Shown here one piece after another: positions 25,735 through 41,505 of a DNA stretch of 64,000 nt. Below the pieces are notes generated by a model that worked only from the letters and a program-made list of their open reading frames with translations, was not told the DNA's origin and did not search any database. The position numbers were made by a program, and so were the translations under genes. The stretch comes from Macrostomum lignano (lineage: Eukaryota). The number at the start of each line of letters is the position of its first letter. Positions within the stretch are counted from its first letter, which is position 1. The DNA lies in the NCBI GenBank assembly GCA_002269645.1, contig NIVC01000176.1:310001-374000 (forward strand), written 5' to 3'.

Positions 25735-28700
25735 ACTCAGGAACTGATGGGATTAATGCTCAGGAACTGATGGGATTAATGCTCAGGAACTGATGGGATT
25801 AATGCTCAGGAACTGATGGGGTTAATGCTCGGGAACAGATGGGATTAATGCTCAGGAACTGATGGGATTAATGCTCGGGAACTGATGGGATTAATGCTCA
25901 GGAACTGATAGGATTAATGCTCAGGAACTGATGGGATTAATGCTCGGGAACTGATGGGATTAATGCTCAGGAACTGATAGGATTAATACTCAGGAACTGA
26001 TGGGATTAATGCTCAGGAACTGATAGGGTTAAAGCTCAGGAACTGATGGGATTAATGCTCAGGAACTGATGGGGTTAATGCTCAGGAACTGATAGGATTA
26101 ATGCTCAGGAACTGATGGGATTAATGCTCAGGAACTGATAGGATTAATGCTCAGGAACTGATAGGATTAATGCTCAGGAACTGATGGGATTAATGCTCAG
26201 GAACTGATAGGATTAATTCTCAGGAACTGATGGGATTAATGCTCAGGAACTGATTGGATTAATGCTCAGGAACTGATAGGATTAATGCTCAGGAACTGAT
26301 AGGATTAATGCTCAGGAACTGATAGGATTAATGCTCAGGAACTGATGGGGTTAATGCTCAGGAACTGATGGGATTAATGCTCAGGAACTGATGGGATTAA
26401 TGCTCAGGAACTGATGGGGTTAATGCTCAGGAACTGATGGGATTAATGCTCAGGAACTGATGGGATTAATGCTCAGGAACTGATGGGGTTAATGCTAAGG
26501 AACTGATGGGATTAATGCTCAGAAACTGATGGGGTTAATGCTCAGGAACTGATGGGATTAATGCTCAGGAACTGATAGGATTAATGCTCAGGAACTGATG
26601 TGATTAATGCTCAGGAACTGATGGGATTAATGCTCAGGAACTGATGGGATTAATGCTCAGGAACTGAAGGGATTAATGCTGAGGAACTGATAGGATTAAT
26701 GCTCAGGAACTGATAGGATTAATGCTCGGGAACTGAAGGGATTAATGCTCAGGAACTGATAGGATTAATGCTCGGGAACTGATGGGATTAATGCTCGGGA
26801 ACTGAAGGGATTAATGCTCAGGAACTGATGGGATTAATGCTCAGGAACTGAAGGGATTAATGCTCAGGAACTGATAGGATTAATGCTCAGGAACTGATAG
26901 GATTAATGCTCAGGAACTAATGTGATTAATGCTCAGGAACTAATAGGATTAATGCTCAGGAACTGATTGGATTAATGCTCGGGAACTGAAGGGATTAATG
27001 CTCAGGAACTGATGGGATTAATGCTCAGGAACTGATAGGATTAATGTTCAGGAACTGATAGGATTAATGCTCAGGAACTGATGGGATTAATGCTCAGGAA
27101 CTGATGGGATTAATGCTCAGAAACTGATAGGATTAATGTTTGGGAACTGAAGGCATTAATGCTCAGGAACTGAAGGGATTAATGCTCAGGAACTGATGGG
27201 ATTAATGCTCAGGAACTGAAGGGATTAATGCTCAGGAACTGATAGGATTAATGCTCAGGAACTGATAGGATTAATGCTCAGGAACTAATGTGATTAATGC
27301 TCAGGAACTGATGGGATTAATGCTCAGGAACTGATTGGATTAATGCTCGGGAACAGATGGGATTAATGCTCAGGAACTGATGGGATTAATGCTCAGGAAC
27401 TGATATGATTAATGCTCAGGAACTGATAGGATTAATGCTCAGGAACTGATGGGATTATGCTCAGGAACTGATAGGATTAATGCTCAGGAACTGATAGGAT
27501 TAATGCTCAGGAAATGATAGGATTAATGCTCAGGAACTGATGGGATTAATGCTCGGGAACTGAAGGGATTAATGCTCAGGAACTGATGGGATTAATGCTC
27601 AGGAACTGATAGGATTAATTCTCAGGAACTGATGGGATTAATGCTCAGGAACTGATAGGATTAATGCTCAGGAACTGATGGGATTAATGCTCAGGAACTG
27701 ATGGGATTAATGCTCGGGAACTGAAGGGATTAATGCTCAGGAACTGATAGGATTAATGCTCAGGAACTGATAGGATTAATGCTCGGGAACTGATAGGATT
27801 AATGCTCAGGAACTGATGGGATTAATGCTCGGGAACTGATAGGATTAATGCTCAGGAACTGATGTGATTAATGCTCAGGAACTGATGGGATTAATGCTCA
27901 GGAACTGATAGGATTAATGCTCGGGAACTGAAGGGATTAATGCTCAGGAACTGATGGGATTAATGCTCAGGAACTGATAGGATTAATGCTCAGGAACTGA
28001 TAGGATTAATGCTCAGGAACTGATGGGATTAATGCTCAGGAACTGATAGGATTAATGTTTGGGAACTGAAGGGATTAATGCTCAGGAACTGAAGGGATTA
28101 ATGCTCAGGAACTGATAGGATTAATGCTCGGGAACTGAAGGGATTAATGCTCAGGAACTGAAGGGATTAATGCTCAGGAACTGATGGGATTAATGCTCAG
28201 GAACTGATGGGATTAATGCTCAGGAACTGATGTGATTAATGCTCAGGAACTGATACGATTAATGCTCAGGAACTGATAGGATTAATGCTCAGGAACTGAA
28301 GGGATTAATGCTCAGGAACTGATGGGATTAATGCTCAGGAACTGATAGGATTAATGCTCAGGAACTGAAGGGATTAATGCTCAGGAACTGAAGGGATTAA
28401 TGCTCAGGAACTGATGGGATTAATGCTCAGGAACTGATGGGATTAATGCTCAGGAACTGATAGGATTAATGCTCAGGAACTGATAGGATTAATGCTCAGG
28501 AACTAATGTGATTAATGCTCAGGAACTGATGGGATTAATGCTCAGGAACTGAAGGGATTAATGCTCAGGAACTGATGGGATTAATGCTCAGGAACTGAAG
28601 GGATTAATGCTCAGGAACTGATAGGATTAATGCTCAGGAACTGATAGGATTAATGCTCAGGAACTAATGGATTAATGCTCAGGAACTGAAGGATTAATGC

Positions 28701-31700
28701 TCAGGAACTGATGGATTAATGCTCAGGAACTGAAGGGATTAATGCTCAGGAACTGATGGGATTAATGCTCAGGAACTGATAGGATTAATGCTCAGGAACT
28801 GATAGGATTAATGCTCAGGAACTGATAGGATTAATGCTCAGGAACTGATGGGATTAATGCTCAGGAACTGATAGGATTAATGTTTGGGAACTGAAGGATT
28901 AATGCTCAGGAACTGAAGGATTAATGCTCAGGAACTGATGGGATTAATGCTCAGGAACTGAAGGATTAATGCTCAGGAACTGATGGATTAATGCTCAGGA
29001 ACTGATAGGATTAATGCTCAGGAACTAATGGATTAATGCTCAGGAACTGATGGATTAATGCTCAGGAACTGATTGGATTAATGCTCAGGAACTGATGGAT
29101 TAATGCTCAGGAACTGATGGGATTAATGCTCAGGAACTGATGGATTAATGCTCAGGAACTGATAGGATTAATGCTCAGGAACTGAAGGATTAATGCTCAG
29201 GAACTGAAGGATTAATGCTCAGGAACTGATGGATTAATGCTCAGGAACTGAAGGATTAATGCTCAGGAACTGATGGATTAATGCTCAGGAACTGATAGGA
29301 TTAATGCTCAGGAACTGATGGATTAATGCTCAGGAACTGATGGGATTAATGCTCAGGAACTGATGGATTAATGCTCAGGAACTGATGGGATTAATGCTCA
29401 GGAACTGATGGATTAATGCTCAGGAACTGATGGGATTAATGCTCAGGAACTGATAGGATTAATGCTCAGGAACTGATAGGATTAATGCTCAGGAACTGAT
29501 AGGATTAATGCTCAGGAACTGATAGGATTAATGCTCAGGAACTGATAGGATTAATGCTCAGGAACTGATGGATTAATGCTCAGGAACTGAAGGATTAATG
29601 CTCAGGAACTGATGGATTAATGCTCAGGAACTGATAGGATTAATGCTCAGGAACTGATGGATTAATGCTCAGGAACTGATAGGATTAATGCTCAGGAACT
29701 GATAGGATTAATGCTCAGGAACTGATGGATTAATGCTCAGGAACTGAAGGATTAATGCTCAGGAACTGATAGGATTAATGCTCAGGAACTGATAGGATTA
29801 ATGCTCAGGAACTGATAGGATTAATGCTCAGGAACTGATGGATTAATGCTCAGGAACTGATAGGATTAATGCTCAGGAACTGATGGATTAATGCTCAGGA
29901 ACTGATGGGATTAATGCTCAGGAACTGATAGGATTAATGCTCAGGAACTGAAGGATTAATGCTCAGGAACTGATGGATTAATGCTCAGGAACTGATAGGA
30001 TTAATGCTCAGGAACTGATAGGATTAATGCTCAGGAACTGATAGGATTAATGCTCAGGAACTGATGGATTAATGCTCAGGAACTGATAGGATTAATGCTC
30101 AGGAACTGAAGGATTAATGCTCAGGAACTGAAGGATTAATGCTCAGGAACTGATGGATTAATGCTCAGGAACTGAAGGATTAATGCTCAGGAACTGATAG
30201 GATTAATGCTCAGGAACTGATAGGATTAATGCTCAGGAACTGAATGGATTAATGCTCAGGAACTGATAGGATTAATGCTCAGGAACTGATGGATTAATGC
30301 TCAGGAACTGAAGGGATTAATGCTCAGGAACTGATGGGATTAATGCTCAGGAACTGATAGGATTAATGCTCAGGAACTGATAGGATTAATGCTCAGGAAC
30401 TGATAGGATTAATGCTCAGGAACTGATGGGATTAATGCTCAGGAACTGATAGGATTAATGCTCAGGAACTGAAGGATTAATGCTCAGGAACTGAAGGATT
30501 AATGCTCAGGAACTGATGGATTAATGCTCAGGAACTGAAGGATTAATGCTCAGGAACTGATGGATTAATGCTCAGGAACTGAAGGATTAATGCTCAGGAA
30601 CTGATGGATTAATGCTCAGGAACTGATGGATTAATGCTCAGGAACTGATAGGATTAATGCTCAGGAACTGATAGGATTAATGCTCAGGAACTGATAGGAT
30701 TAATGCTCAGGAACTGATGGGATTAATGCTCAGGAACTGAAGGGATTAATGCTCAGGAACTGATAGGATTAATGCTCAGGAACTGATAGGATTAATGCTC
30801 AGGAACTGATAGGATTAATGCTCAGGAACTGATAGGATTAATGCTCAGGAACTGATGGGATTAATGCTCAGGAACTGATAGGATTAATGCTCAGGAACTG
30901 ATGGATTAATGCTCAGGAACTGAAGGGATTAATGCTCAGGAACTGATGGGATTAATGCTCAGGAACTGATAGGATTAATGCTCAGGAACTGATAGGATTA
31001 ATGCTCAGGAACTGATGGATTAATGCTCAGGAACTGATGGATTAATGCTCAGGAACTGATAGGATTAATGCTCAGGAACTGAAGGATTAATGCTCAGGAA
31101 CTGAAGGATTAATGCTCAGGAACTGATGGATTAATGCTCAGGAACTGAAGGATTAATGCTCAGGAACTGATGGATTAATGCTCAGGAACTGATAGGATTA
31201 ATGCTCAGGAACTGAATGGATTAATGCTCAGGAACTGATGGATTAATGCTCAGGAACTGATAGGATTAATGCTCAGGAACTGATGGATTAATGCTCAGGA
31301 ACTGAAGGGATTAATGCTCAGGAACTGATGGGATTAATGCTCAGGAACTGATAGGATTAATGCTCAGGAACTGATGGATTAATGCTCAGGAACTGATAGG
31401 ATTAATGCTCAGGAACTGATAGGATTAATGCTCAGGAACTGATAGGATTAATGCTCAGGAACTGATGGATTAATGCTCAGGAACTGAAGGATTAATGCTC
31501 AGGAACTGATGGATTAATGCTCAGGAACTGATAGGATTAATGCTCAGGAACTGATGGATTAATGCTCAGGAACTGATAGGATTAATGCTCAGGAACTGAT
31601 AGGATTAATGCTCAGGAACTGATGGGATTAATGCTCAGGAACTGATAGGATTAATGCTCAGGAACTGATAGGATTAATGCTCAGGAACTGATAGGATTAA

Positions 31701-34700
31701 TGCTCAGGAACTGATAGGATTAATGCTCAGGAACTGATGGGATTAATGCTCAGGAACTGATAGGATTAATGCTCAGGAACTGATGGATTAATGCTCAGGA
31801 ACTGATGGATTAATGCTCAGGAACTGATGGATTAATGCTCAGGAACTGAAGGATTAATGCTCAGGAACTGATGGATTAATGCTCAGGAACTGATAGGATT
31901 AATGCTCAGGAACTGATAGGATTAATGCTCAGGAACTGATAGGATTAATGCTCAGGAACTGATGGATTAATGCTCAGGAACTGATAGGATTAATGCTCAG
32001 GAACTGATGGATTAATGCTCAGGAACTGAAGGATTAATGCTCAGGAACTGATGGATTAATGCTCAGGAACTGAAGGATTAATGCTCAGGAACTGATAGGA
32101 TTAATGCTCAGGAACTGATAGGATTAATGCTCAGGAACTGATAGGATTAATGCTCAGGAACTGATGGATTAATGCTCAGGAACTGATAGGATTAATGCTC
32201 AGGAACTGATGGATTAATGCTCAGGAACTGATGGGATTAATGCTCAGGAACTGATGGATTAATGCTCAGGAACTGATGGGATTAATGCTCAGGAACTGAT
32301 AGGATTAATGCTCAGGAACTGATGGATTAATGCTCAGGAACTGATGGATTAATGCTCAGGAACTGATAGGATTAATGCTCAGGAACTGATGGATTAATGC
32401 TCAGGAACTGATGGATTAATGCTCAGGAACTGATGGATTAATGCTCAGGAACTGAAGGATTAATGCTCAGGAACTGATGGATTAATGCTCAGGAACTGAT
32501 GGATTAATGCTCAGGAACTGATGGATTAATGCTCAGGAACTGATAGGATTAATGCTCAGGAACTGATGGATTAATGCTCAGGAACTGATGGATTAATGCT
32601 CAGGAACTGATGGATTAATGCTCAGGAACTGAAGGATTAATGCTCAGGAACTGATGGATTAATGCTCAGGAACTGAAGGATTAATGCTCAGGAACTGATG
32701 GATTAATGCTCAGGAACTGATAGGATTAATGCTCAGGAACTGATGGATTAATGCTCAGGAACTGAAGGATTAATGCTCAGGAACTGATGGATTAATGCTC
32801 AGGAACTGATAGGATTAATGCTCAGGAACTGATGGATTAATGCTCAGGAACTGATGGATTAATGCTCAGGAACTGATGGATTAATGCTCAGGAACTGATG
32901 GATTAATGCTCAGGAACTGATAGGATTAATGCTCAGGAACTGATGGATTAATGCTCAGGAACTGATAGGATTAATGCTCAGGAACTGATGGATTAATGCT
33001 CAGGAACTGATAGGATTAATGCTCAGGAACTGATGGATTAATGCTCAGGAACTGATAGGATTAATGCTCAGGAACTGATGGATTAATGCTCAGGAACTGA
33101 TGGATTAATGCTCAGGAACTGATGGATTAATGCTCAGGAACTGATAGGATTAATGCTCAGGAACTGATGGATTAATGCTCAGGAACTGATAGGATTAATG
33201 CTCAGGAACTGATAGGATTAATGCTCAGGAACTGATAGGATTAATGCTCAGGAACTGATAGGATTAATGCTCAGGAACTGATGGATTAATGCTCAGGAAC
33301 TGATAGGATTAATGCTCAGGAACTGATGGATTAATGCTCAGGAACTGATAGGATTAATGCTCAGGAACTGATGGATTAATGCTCAGGAACTGATAGGATT
33401 AATGCTCAGGAACTGATGGATTAATGCTCAGGAACTGATGGATTAATGCTCAGGAACTGATAGGATTAATGCTCAGGAACTGATAGGATTAATGCTCAGG
33501 AACTGAAGGATTAATGCTCAGGAACTGATGGATTAATGCTCAGGAACTGATAGGATTAATGCTCAGGAACTGATAGGATTAATGCTCAGGAACTGATGGA
33601 TTAATGCTCAGGAACTGATAGGATTAATGCTCAGGAACTGATGGATTAATGCTCAGGAACTGATGGATTAATGCTCAGGAACTGATAGGATTAATGCTCA
33701 GGAACTGATAGGATTAATGCTCAGGAACTGATGGATTAATGCTCAGGAACTGATGGATTAATGCTCAGGAACTGATAGGATTAATGCTCAGGAACTGATG
33801 GATTAATGCTCAGGAACTGATAGGATTAATGCTCAGGAACTGATGGATTAATGCTCAGGAACTGATAGGATTAATGCTCAGGAACTGATGGATTAATGCT
33901 CAGGAACTGATAGGATTAATGCTCAGGAACTGATGGATTAATGCTCAGGAACTGATGGATTAATGCTCAGGAACTGATGGATTAATGCTCAGGAACTGAT
34001 GGATTAATGCTCAGGAACTGATAGGATTAATGCTCAGGAACTGATGGATTAATGCTCAGGAACTGATGGATTAATGCTCAGGAACTGATGGATTAATGCT
34101 CAGGAACTGATGGATTAATGCTCAGGAACTGATGGATTAATGCTCAGGAACTGATGGATTAATGCTCAGGAACTGATGGATTAATGCTCAGGAACTGATA
34201 GGATTAATGCTCAGGAACTGATGGATTAATGCTCAGGAACTGATGGATTAATGCTCAGGAACTGATAGGATTAATGCTCAGGAACTGATGGATTAATGCT
34301 CAGGAACTGATGGATTAATGCTCAGGAACTGATGGATTAATGCTCAGGAACTGATAGGATTAATGCTCAGGAACTGATGGATTAATGCTCAGGAACTGAT
34401 GGATTAATGCTCAGGAACTGATAGGATTAATGCTCAGGAACTGATGGATTAATGCTCAGGAACTGATAGGATTAATGCTCAGGAACTGAAGGATTAATGC
34501 TCAGGAACTGATAGGATTAATGCTCAGGAACTGATAGGATTAATGCTCAGGAACTGATAGGATTAATGCTCAGGAACTGATGGATTAATGCTCAGGAACT
34601 GATAGGATTAATGCTCAGGAACTGATGGATTAATGCTCAGGAACTGATGGATTAATGCTCAGGAACTGATGGATTAATGCTCAGGAACTGATAGGATTAA

Positions 34701-37700
34701 TGCTCAGGAACTGATGGATTAATGCTCAGGAACTGATAGGATTAATGCTCAGGAACTGATAGGATTAATGCTCAGGAACTGATAGGATTAATGCTCAGGA
34801 ACTGATAGGATTAATGCTCAGGAACTGATAGGATTAATGCTCAGGAACTGATAGGATTAATGCTCAGGAACTGATGGATTAATGCTCAGGAACTGATAGG
34901 ATTAATGCTCAGGAACTGATGGATTAATGCTCAGGAACTGATAGGATTAATGCTCAGGAACTGATGGATTAATGCTCAGGAACTGATAGGATTAATGCTC
35001 AGGAACTGATAGGATTAATGCTCAGGAACTGATAGGATTAATGCTCAGGAACTGATAGGATTAATGCTCAGGAACTGATGGATTAATGCTCAGGAACTGA
35101 TAGGATTAATGCTCAGGAACTGATGGATTAATGCTCAGGAACTGATGGATTAATGCTCAGGAACTGATAGGATTAATGCTCAGGAACTGATGGATTAATG
35201 CTCAGGAACTGATGGGATTAATGCTCAGGAACTGATGGATTAATGCTCAGGAACTGATAGGATTAATGCTCAGGAACTGATAGGATTAATGCTCAGGAAC
35301 TGATAGGATTAATGCTCAGGAACTGATAGGATTAATGCTCAGGAACTGATAGGATTAATGCTCAGGAACTGATGGATTAATGCTCAGGAACTGATAGGAT
35401 TAATGCTCAGGAACTGATGGATTAATGCTCAGGAACTGAAGGATTAATGCTCAGGAACTGATAGGATTAATGCTCAGGAACTGAAGGATTAATGCTCAGG
35501 AACTGATAGGATTAATGCTCAGGAACTGATAGGATTAATGCTCAGGAACTGATGGATTAATGCTCAGGAACTGAAGGATTAATGCTCAGGAACTGATGGA
35601 TTAATGCTCAGGAACTGATGGATTAATGCTCAGGAACTGATAGGATTAATGCTCAGGAACTGATGGATTAATGCTCAGGAACTGATGGATTAATGCTCAG
35701 GAACTGATGGATTAATGCTCAGGAACTGATGGATTAATGCTCAGGAACTGATGGATTAATGCTCAGGAACTGATGGGATTAATGCTCAGGAACTGATAGG
35801 ATTAATGCTCAGGAACTGATGGATTAATGCTCAGGAACTGATAGGATTAATGCTCAGGAACTGATGGATTAATGCTCAGGAACTGATAGGATTAATGCTC
35901 AGGAACTGATGGATTAATGCTCAGGAACTGATAGGATTAATGCTCAGGAACTGATGGGATTAATGCTCAGGAACTGATAGGATTAATGCTCAGGAACTGA
36001 TGGATTAATGCTCAGGAACTGATAGGATTAATGCTCAGGAACTGATGGATTAATGCTCAGGAACTGATAGGATTAATGCTCAGGAACTGATAGGATTAAT
36101 GCTCAGGAACTGATAGGATTAATGCTCAGGAACTGATAGGATTAATGCTCAGGAACTGATAGGATTAATGCTCAGGAACTGATGGATTAATGCTCAGGAA
36201 CTGATAGGATTAATGCTCAGGAACTGATGGATTAATGCTCAGGAACTGATAGGATTAATGCTCAGGAACTGATGGATTAATGCTCAGGAACTGATAGGAT
36301 TAATGCTCAGGAACTGATGGATTAATGCTCAGGAACTGATAGGATTAATGCTCAGGAACTGATAGGATTAATGCTCAGGAACTGATAGGATTAATGCTCA
36401 GGAACTGATGGATTAATGCTCAGGAACTGATAGGATTAATGCTCAGGAACTGATGGATTAATGCTCAGGAACTGATAGGATTAATGCTCAGGAACTGATG
36501 GATTAATGCTCAGGAACTGAAGGATTAATGCTCAGGAACTGATAGGATTAATGCTCAGGAACTGAAGGATTAATGCTCAGGAACTGATGGATTAATGCTC
36601 AGGAACTGATAGGATTAATGCTCAGGAACTGATGGATTAATGCTCAGGAACTGATAGGGATTAATGCTCAGGAACTGATGGATTAATGCTCAGGAACTGA
36701 TAGGATTAATGCTCAGGAACTGATAGGATTAATGCTCAGGAACTGATGGATTAATGCTCAGGAACTGATGGATTAATGCTCAGGAACTGATGGATTAATG
36801 CTCAGGAACTGATGGATTAATGCTCAGGAACTGATGGATTAATGCTCAGGAACTGAAGGATTAATGCTCAGGAACTGATGGGATTAATGCTCAGGAACTG
36901 ATGGATTAATGCTCAGGAACTGATGGATTAATGCTCAGGAACTGATAGGATTAATGCTCAGGAACTGATAGGATTAATGCTCAGGAACTGATGGATTAAT
37001 GCTCAGGAACTGATGGATTAATGCTCAGGAACTGGATTAATGCTCAGGAACTGATGGATTAATGCTCAGGAACTGAAGGATTAATGCTCAGGAACTGATG
37101 GATTAATGCTCAGGAACTGATGGATTAATGCTCAGGAACTGATGGATTAATGCTCAGGAACTGATAGGATTAATGCTCAGGAACTGATAGGATTAATGCT
37201 CAGGAACTGATGGATTAATGCTCAGGAACTGATAGGATTAATGCTCAGGAACTGATGGATTAATGCTCAGGAACTGATGGATTAATGCTCAGGAACTGAT
37301 GGATTAATGCTCAGGAACTGATGGATTAATGCTCAGGAACTGATGGATTAATGCTCAGGAACTGATAGGATTAATGCTCAGGAACTGATAGGATTAATGC
37401 TCAGGAACTGAAGGATTAATGCTCAGGAACTGATAGGATTAATGCTCAGGAACTGATAGGATTAATGCTCAGGAACTGATAGGATTAATGCTCAGGAACT
37501 GATGGATTAATGCTCAGGAACTGATAGGATTAATGCTCAGGAACTGATGGATTAATGCTCAGGAACTGATGGATTAATGCTCAGGAACTGATAGGATTAA
37601 TGCTCAGGAACTGATAGGATTAATGCTCAGGAACTGATGGATTAATGCTCAGGAACTGATAGGATTAATGCTCAGGAACTGATAGGATTAATGCTCAGGA

Positions 37701-39788
37701 ACTGATAGGATTAATGCTCAGGAACTGATAGGATTAATGCTCGGGAACTGATAGGATTAATGCTCAGGAACTGATGGATTAATGCTCAGGAACTGATGGA
37801 TTAATGCTCAGGAACTGATGGGATTAATGCTCAGGAACTGATGGATTAATGCTCAGGAACTGATAGGATTAATGCTCAGGAACTGATGGATTAATGCTCA
37901 GGAACTGATAGGATTAATGCTCAGGAACTGATAGGATTAATGCTCAGGAACTGATGGGATTAATGCTCAGGAACTGATAGGATTAATGCTCAGGAACTGA
38001 TAGGATTAATGCTCAGGAACTGATAGGATTAATGCTCAGGAACTGATGGGATTAATGCTCAGGAACTGATAGGATTAATGCTCAGGAACTGATAGGATTA
38101 ATGCTCAGGAACTGATAGGATTAATGCTCAGGAACTGATGGGATTAATGCTCAGGAACTGATAGGATTAATGCTCAGGAACTGATAGGATTAATGCTCAG
38201 GAACTGATAGGATTAATGCTCAGGAACTGATAGGATTAATGCTCAGGAACTGATAGGATTAATGCTCAGGAACTGATAGGATTAATGCTCAGGAACTGAT
38301 AGGATTAATGCTCAGGAACTGATGGGATTAATGCTCAGGAACTGAAGGATTAATGCTCAGGAACTGATAGGATTAATGCTCAGGAACTGATAGGATTAAT
38401 GCTCAGGAACTGATGGATTAATGCTCAGGAACTGATAGGATTAATGCTCAGGAACTGATAGGATTAATGCTCAGGAACTGAAGGATTAATGCTCAGGAAC
38501 TGATAGGATTAATGCTCAGGAACTGATAGGATTAATGCTCAGGAACTGATAGGATTAATGCTCAGGAACTGATGGATTAATGCTCAGGAACTGATAGGAT
38601 TAATGCTCAGGAACTGATAGGATTAATGCTCAGGAACTGATGGATTAATGCTCAGGAACTGATGGATTAATGCTCAGGAACTGATGGATTAATGCTCAGG
38701 AACTGATGGATTAATGCTCAGGAACTGATGGATTAATGCTCAGGAACTGATGGATTAATGCTCAGGAACTGATGGGATTAATGCTCAGGAACTGATGGAT
38801 TAATGCTCAGGAACTGATGGATTAATGCTCAGGAACTGATGGGATTAATGCTCAGGAACTGATAGGATTAATGCTCAGGAACTGATAGGATTAATGCTCA
38901 GGAACTGATAGGATTAATGCTCAGGAACTGATAGGATTAATGCTCAGGAACTGATAGGATTAATGCTCAGGAACTGATGGATTAATGCTCAGGAACTGAT
39001 AGGATTAATGCTCAGGAACTGATAGGATTAATGCTCAGGAACTGATAGGATTAATGCTCAGGAACTGATGGATTAATGCTCAGGAACTGATAGGATTAAT
39101 GCTCAGGAACTGATAGGATTAATGCTCAGGAACTGATAGGATTAATGCTCAGGAACTGATAGGATTAATGCTCAGGAACTGATAGGATTAATGCTCAGGA
39201 ACTGATAGGATTAATGCTCAGGAACTGATAGGATTAATGCTCAGGAACTGATAGGATTAATGCTCAGGAACTGATAGGATTAATGCTCAGGAACTGATAG
39301 GATTAATGCTCAGGAACTGATGGATTAATGCTCAGGAACTGAAGGATTAATGCTCAGGAACTGAAGGATTAATGCTCAGGAACTGAAGGATTAATGCTCA
39401 GGAACTGATGGGATTAATGCTCAGGAACTGGATTAATGCTCAGGAACTGGATTAATGCTCAGGAACTGATGGATTAATGCTCAGGAACTGATGGATTAAT
39501 GCTCAGGAACTGATAGGATTAATGCTCAGGAACTGATAGGATTAATGCTCAGGAACTGATAGGATTAATGCTCAGGAACTGATAGGATTAATGCTCAGGA
39601 ACTGATGGGATTAATGCTCAGGAACTGATGGGATTAATGCTCAGGAACTGATGGGATTAATGCTCAGGAACTGATAGGATTAATGCTCAGGAACTGATGG
39701 GATTAATGCTCAGGAACTGATGGGATTAATGCTCAGGAACTGGTTAGATTAATGCTCAGGAACTGATGGGATTAATGCTCAGGAGCTG
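25735..39788. repeat. 14-kb satellite of 22/23-bp units, core GGATTAATGCTCAGGAACT plus spacer GAT/GATA/GATG/GAA/GAAG
   Basis: Roughly 600+ units by length. More substitutions in the left 3 kb. Confidence 0.99.
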
Positions 39789-40145
39789 AGTTTTTTTCCA
39801 ACGTATCGGAGGTTGCTAAAAGCTTCCTTAAAAAAGCAAATTCGGTGATGAGGAGAGAGGCTGCAGGTGCTTTTAGATATTCCAGCTTCACCTTGATGGG
39901 GCTAATGGCCCGCTCTAGTGAAAGCGCTAAGCCGAAGGTGTGGCTTTGAGTCTATTCATCTAGAGAGATTTAACAGATGCCGTTTGTGGTGGCAGCTGGC
40001 TTGAATGAAGAAAATGCATAATTGAGCTCGCTGTGTTGAGCCCCCCCCCCCCCGGCTCAAATCGCTCTTTGCCTTCGAATGAATTGGCAGAGTTGCTGAG
40101 AATTTCCCATTTCCAATTCAGAAAGATTGAGACAGGGAGTGAGAG

Positions 40146-40630
40146 AGAGAGAGTGAGACTGAGTGAGACTGGGTGGGACTGGGTGAGACTGGGTGAGACT
40201 GGGTGAGACTGGGTGAGACTGGGTGAGACTGGGTGAGACTGGGTGAGACTGGGTGAGACTGGGTGAGACTAGGTGAGACTGGGTGAGACTGGGTGATACT
40301 GGTTGGGATAATGAGCGGGCGGATAGTGAGGGGGCTGAAAGTGAGGGGGCGGATAGTGAGGGAGCGGATAGTGAGGGGCGGATGGTGAGGAGGCGGATAG
40401 TGAGGGGGCGGATGGTGAGGAGGCGGATAGTGGAGGGGCGGATAGTGAGGGGCGGATAGTGAGGGGCGGATAGTGAGGGGCGGATAGTGAGGGCGGATAG
40501 TGAGGGGCGGATAGTGAAGGGCGGATGGTGAGGAGGCGGATGGTGAGGGGGCGGATAGTGATGGGGTGGATAGTAAGGGGGCGGATAGTGAGGGGCGGAT
40601 AGCAAGGGGGTGGATAGCAAGGGGCGGATG
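40146..40630. repeat. 10-bp (GGGTGAGACT)n followed by G-rich 15-bp (GCGGATAGTGAGGGG)n
   Basis: The two arrays abut at about 40300-40312. Confidence 0.93.
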
Positions 40631-41505
40631 AGGTGGAGTTGAGGATTTCTAAGAATCTGCTGAAGCCAGAAGAAATCCCTTACACACAGCACAAAATCCA
40701 TCAATCAGGCCAATTACAGATTGAAGGCACAATAAAAGAATAAAACGGCCTATTTATGCGCCAATGGCACCCCTTGTTATCCTATTATTTCGAGTTCTTA
40801 CATGGAGCGGCATTGAGTGAGCAGGGTTAATAATCAGAGATCACCCGATCGCTCAGTGACGCAACACTTTTACAAGCGGGGCCTCTTATCCGAGGGTCTC
40901 TCAATGCCGTGCCCCATAGATGCTCCCCCAGCCCCGCTCTTGAGCAGGTCTCATGCAGCCACTTGTTTTTATGCCATTCGATCCACCGTTTCGAGGCCCC
41001 GTTGCCATCGAGTACCGCCGCTCATTTAACACGGAGATTCTCTTGCATCATCAATGATCGGAAGCAACAGAAACCGAACCAAGCCAAGGGCTTGCCTAGA
41101 GATGTATCAGATTTATAAATATATCCACTTGAGAAACCAGTCTCTCTGATGGAGAAAACATCGGATCGGTGTGTGTTTGTGTGTGAATGCGGTTTTGGTA
41201 AGACAAAGAGTGGAGCCTTTCTCTGTGGTTTCAGTTTCACATCCAATGAGACGGTCTTTGTTCCTTTTGTCTGCGGTGGATTATTGAATATAAATTATGA
41301 TTTCTTAATGTCTAAATCGCATCAACTGGCTCATATCCCAGCATCTTTAACAATAGCTGCTTTTATTAAACTCGACAAAAATTACTCAGCAGTAGCATGG
41401 TAGAGATTTTAAAAGAAAAATATTGTCAAAAATTAGTCTTCAAATAAATTTCTGTGCGGTTAGACTCTGGGTGCCAGTTCATTTGGAGGGTGCCCTTTTA
41501 TTTAA

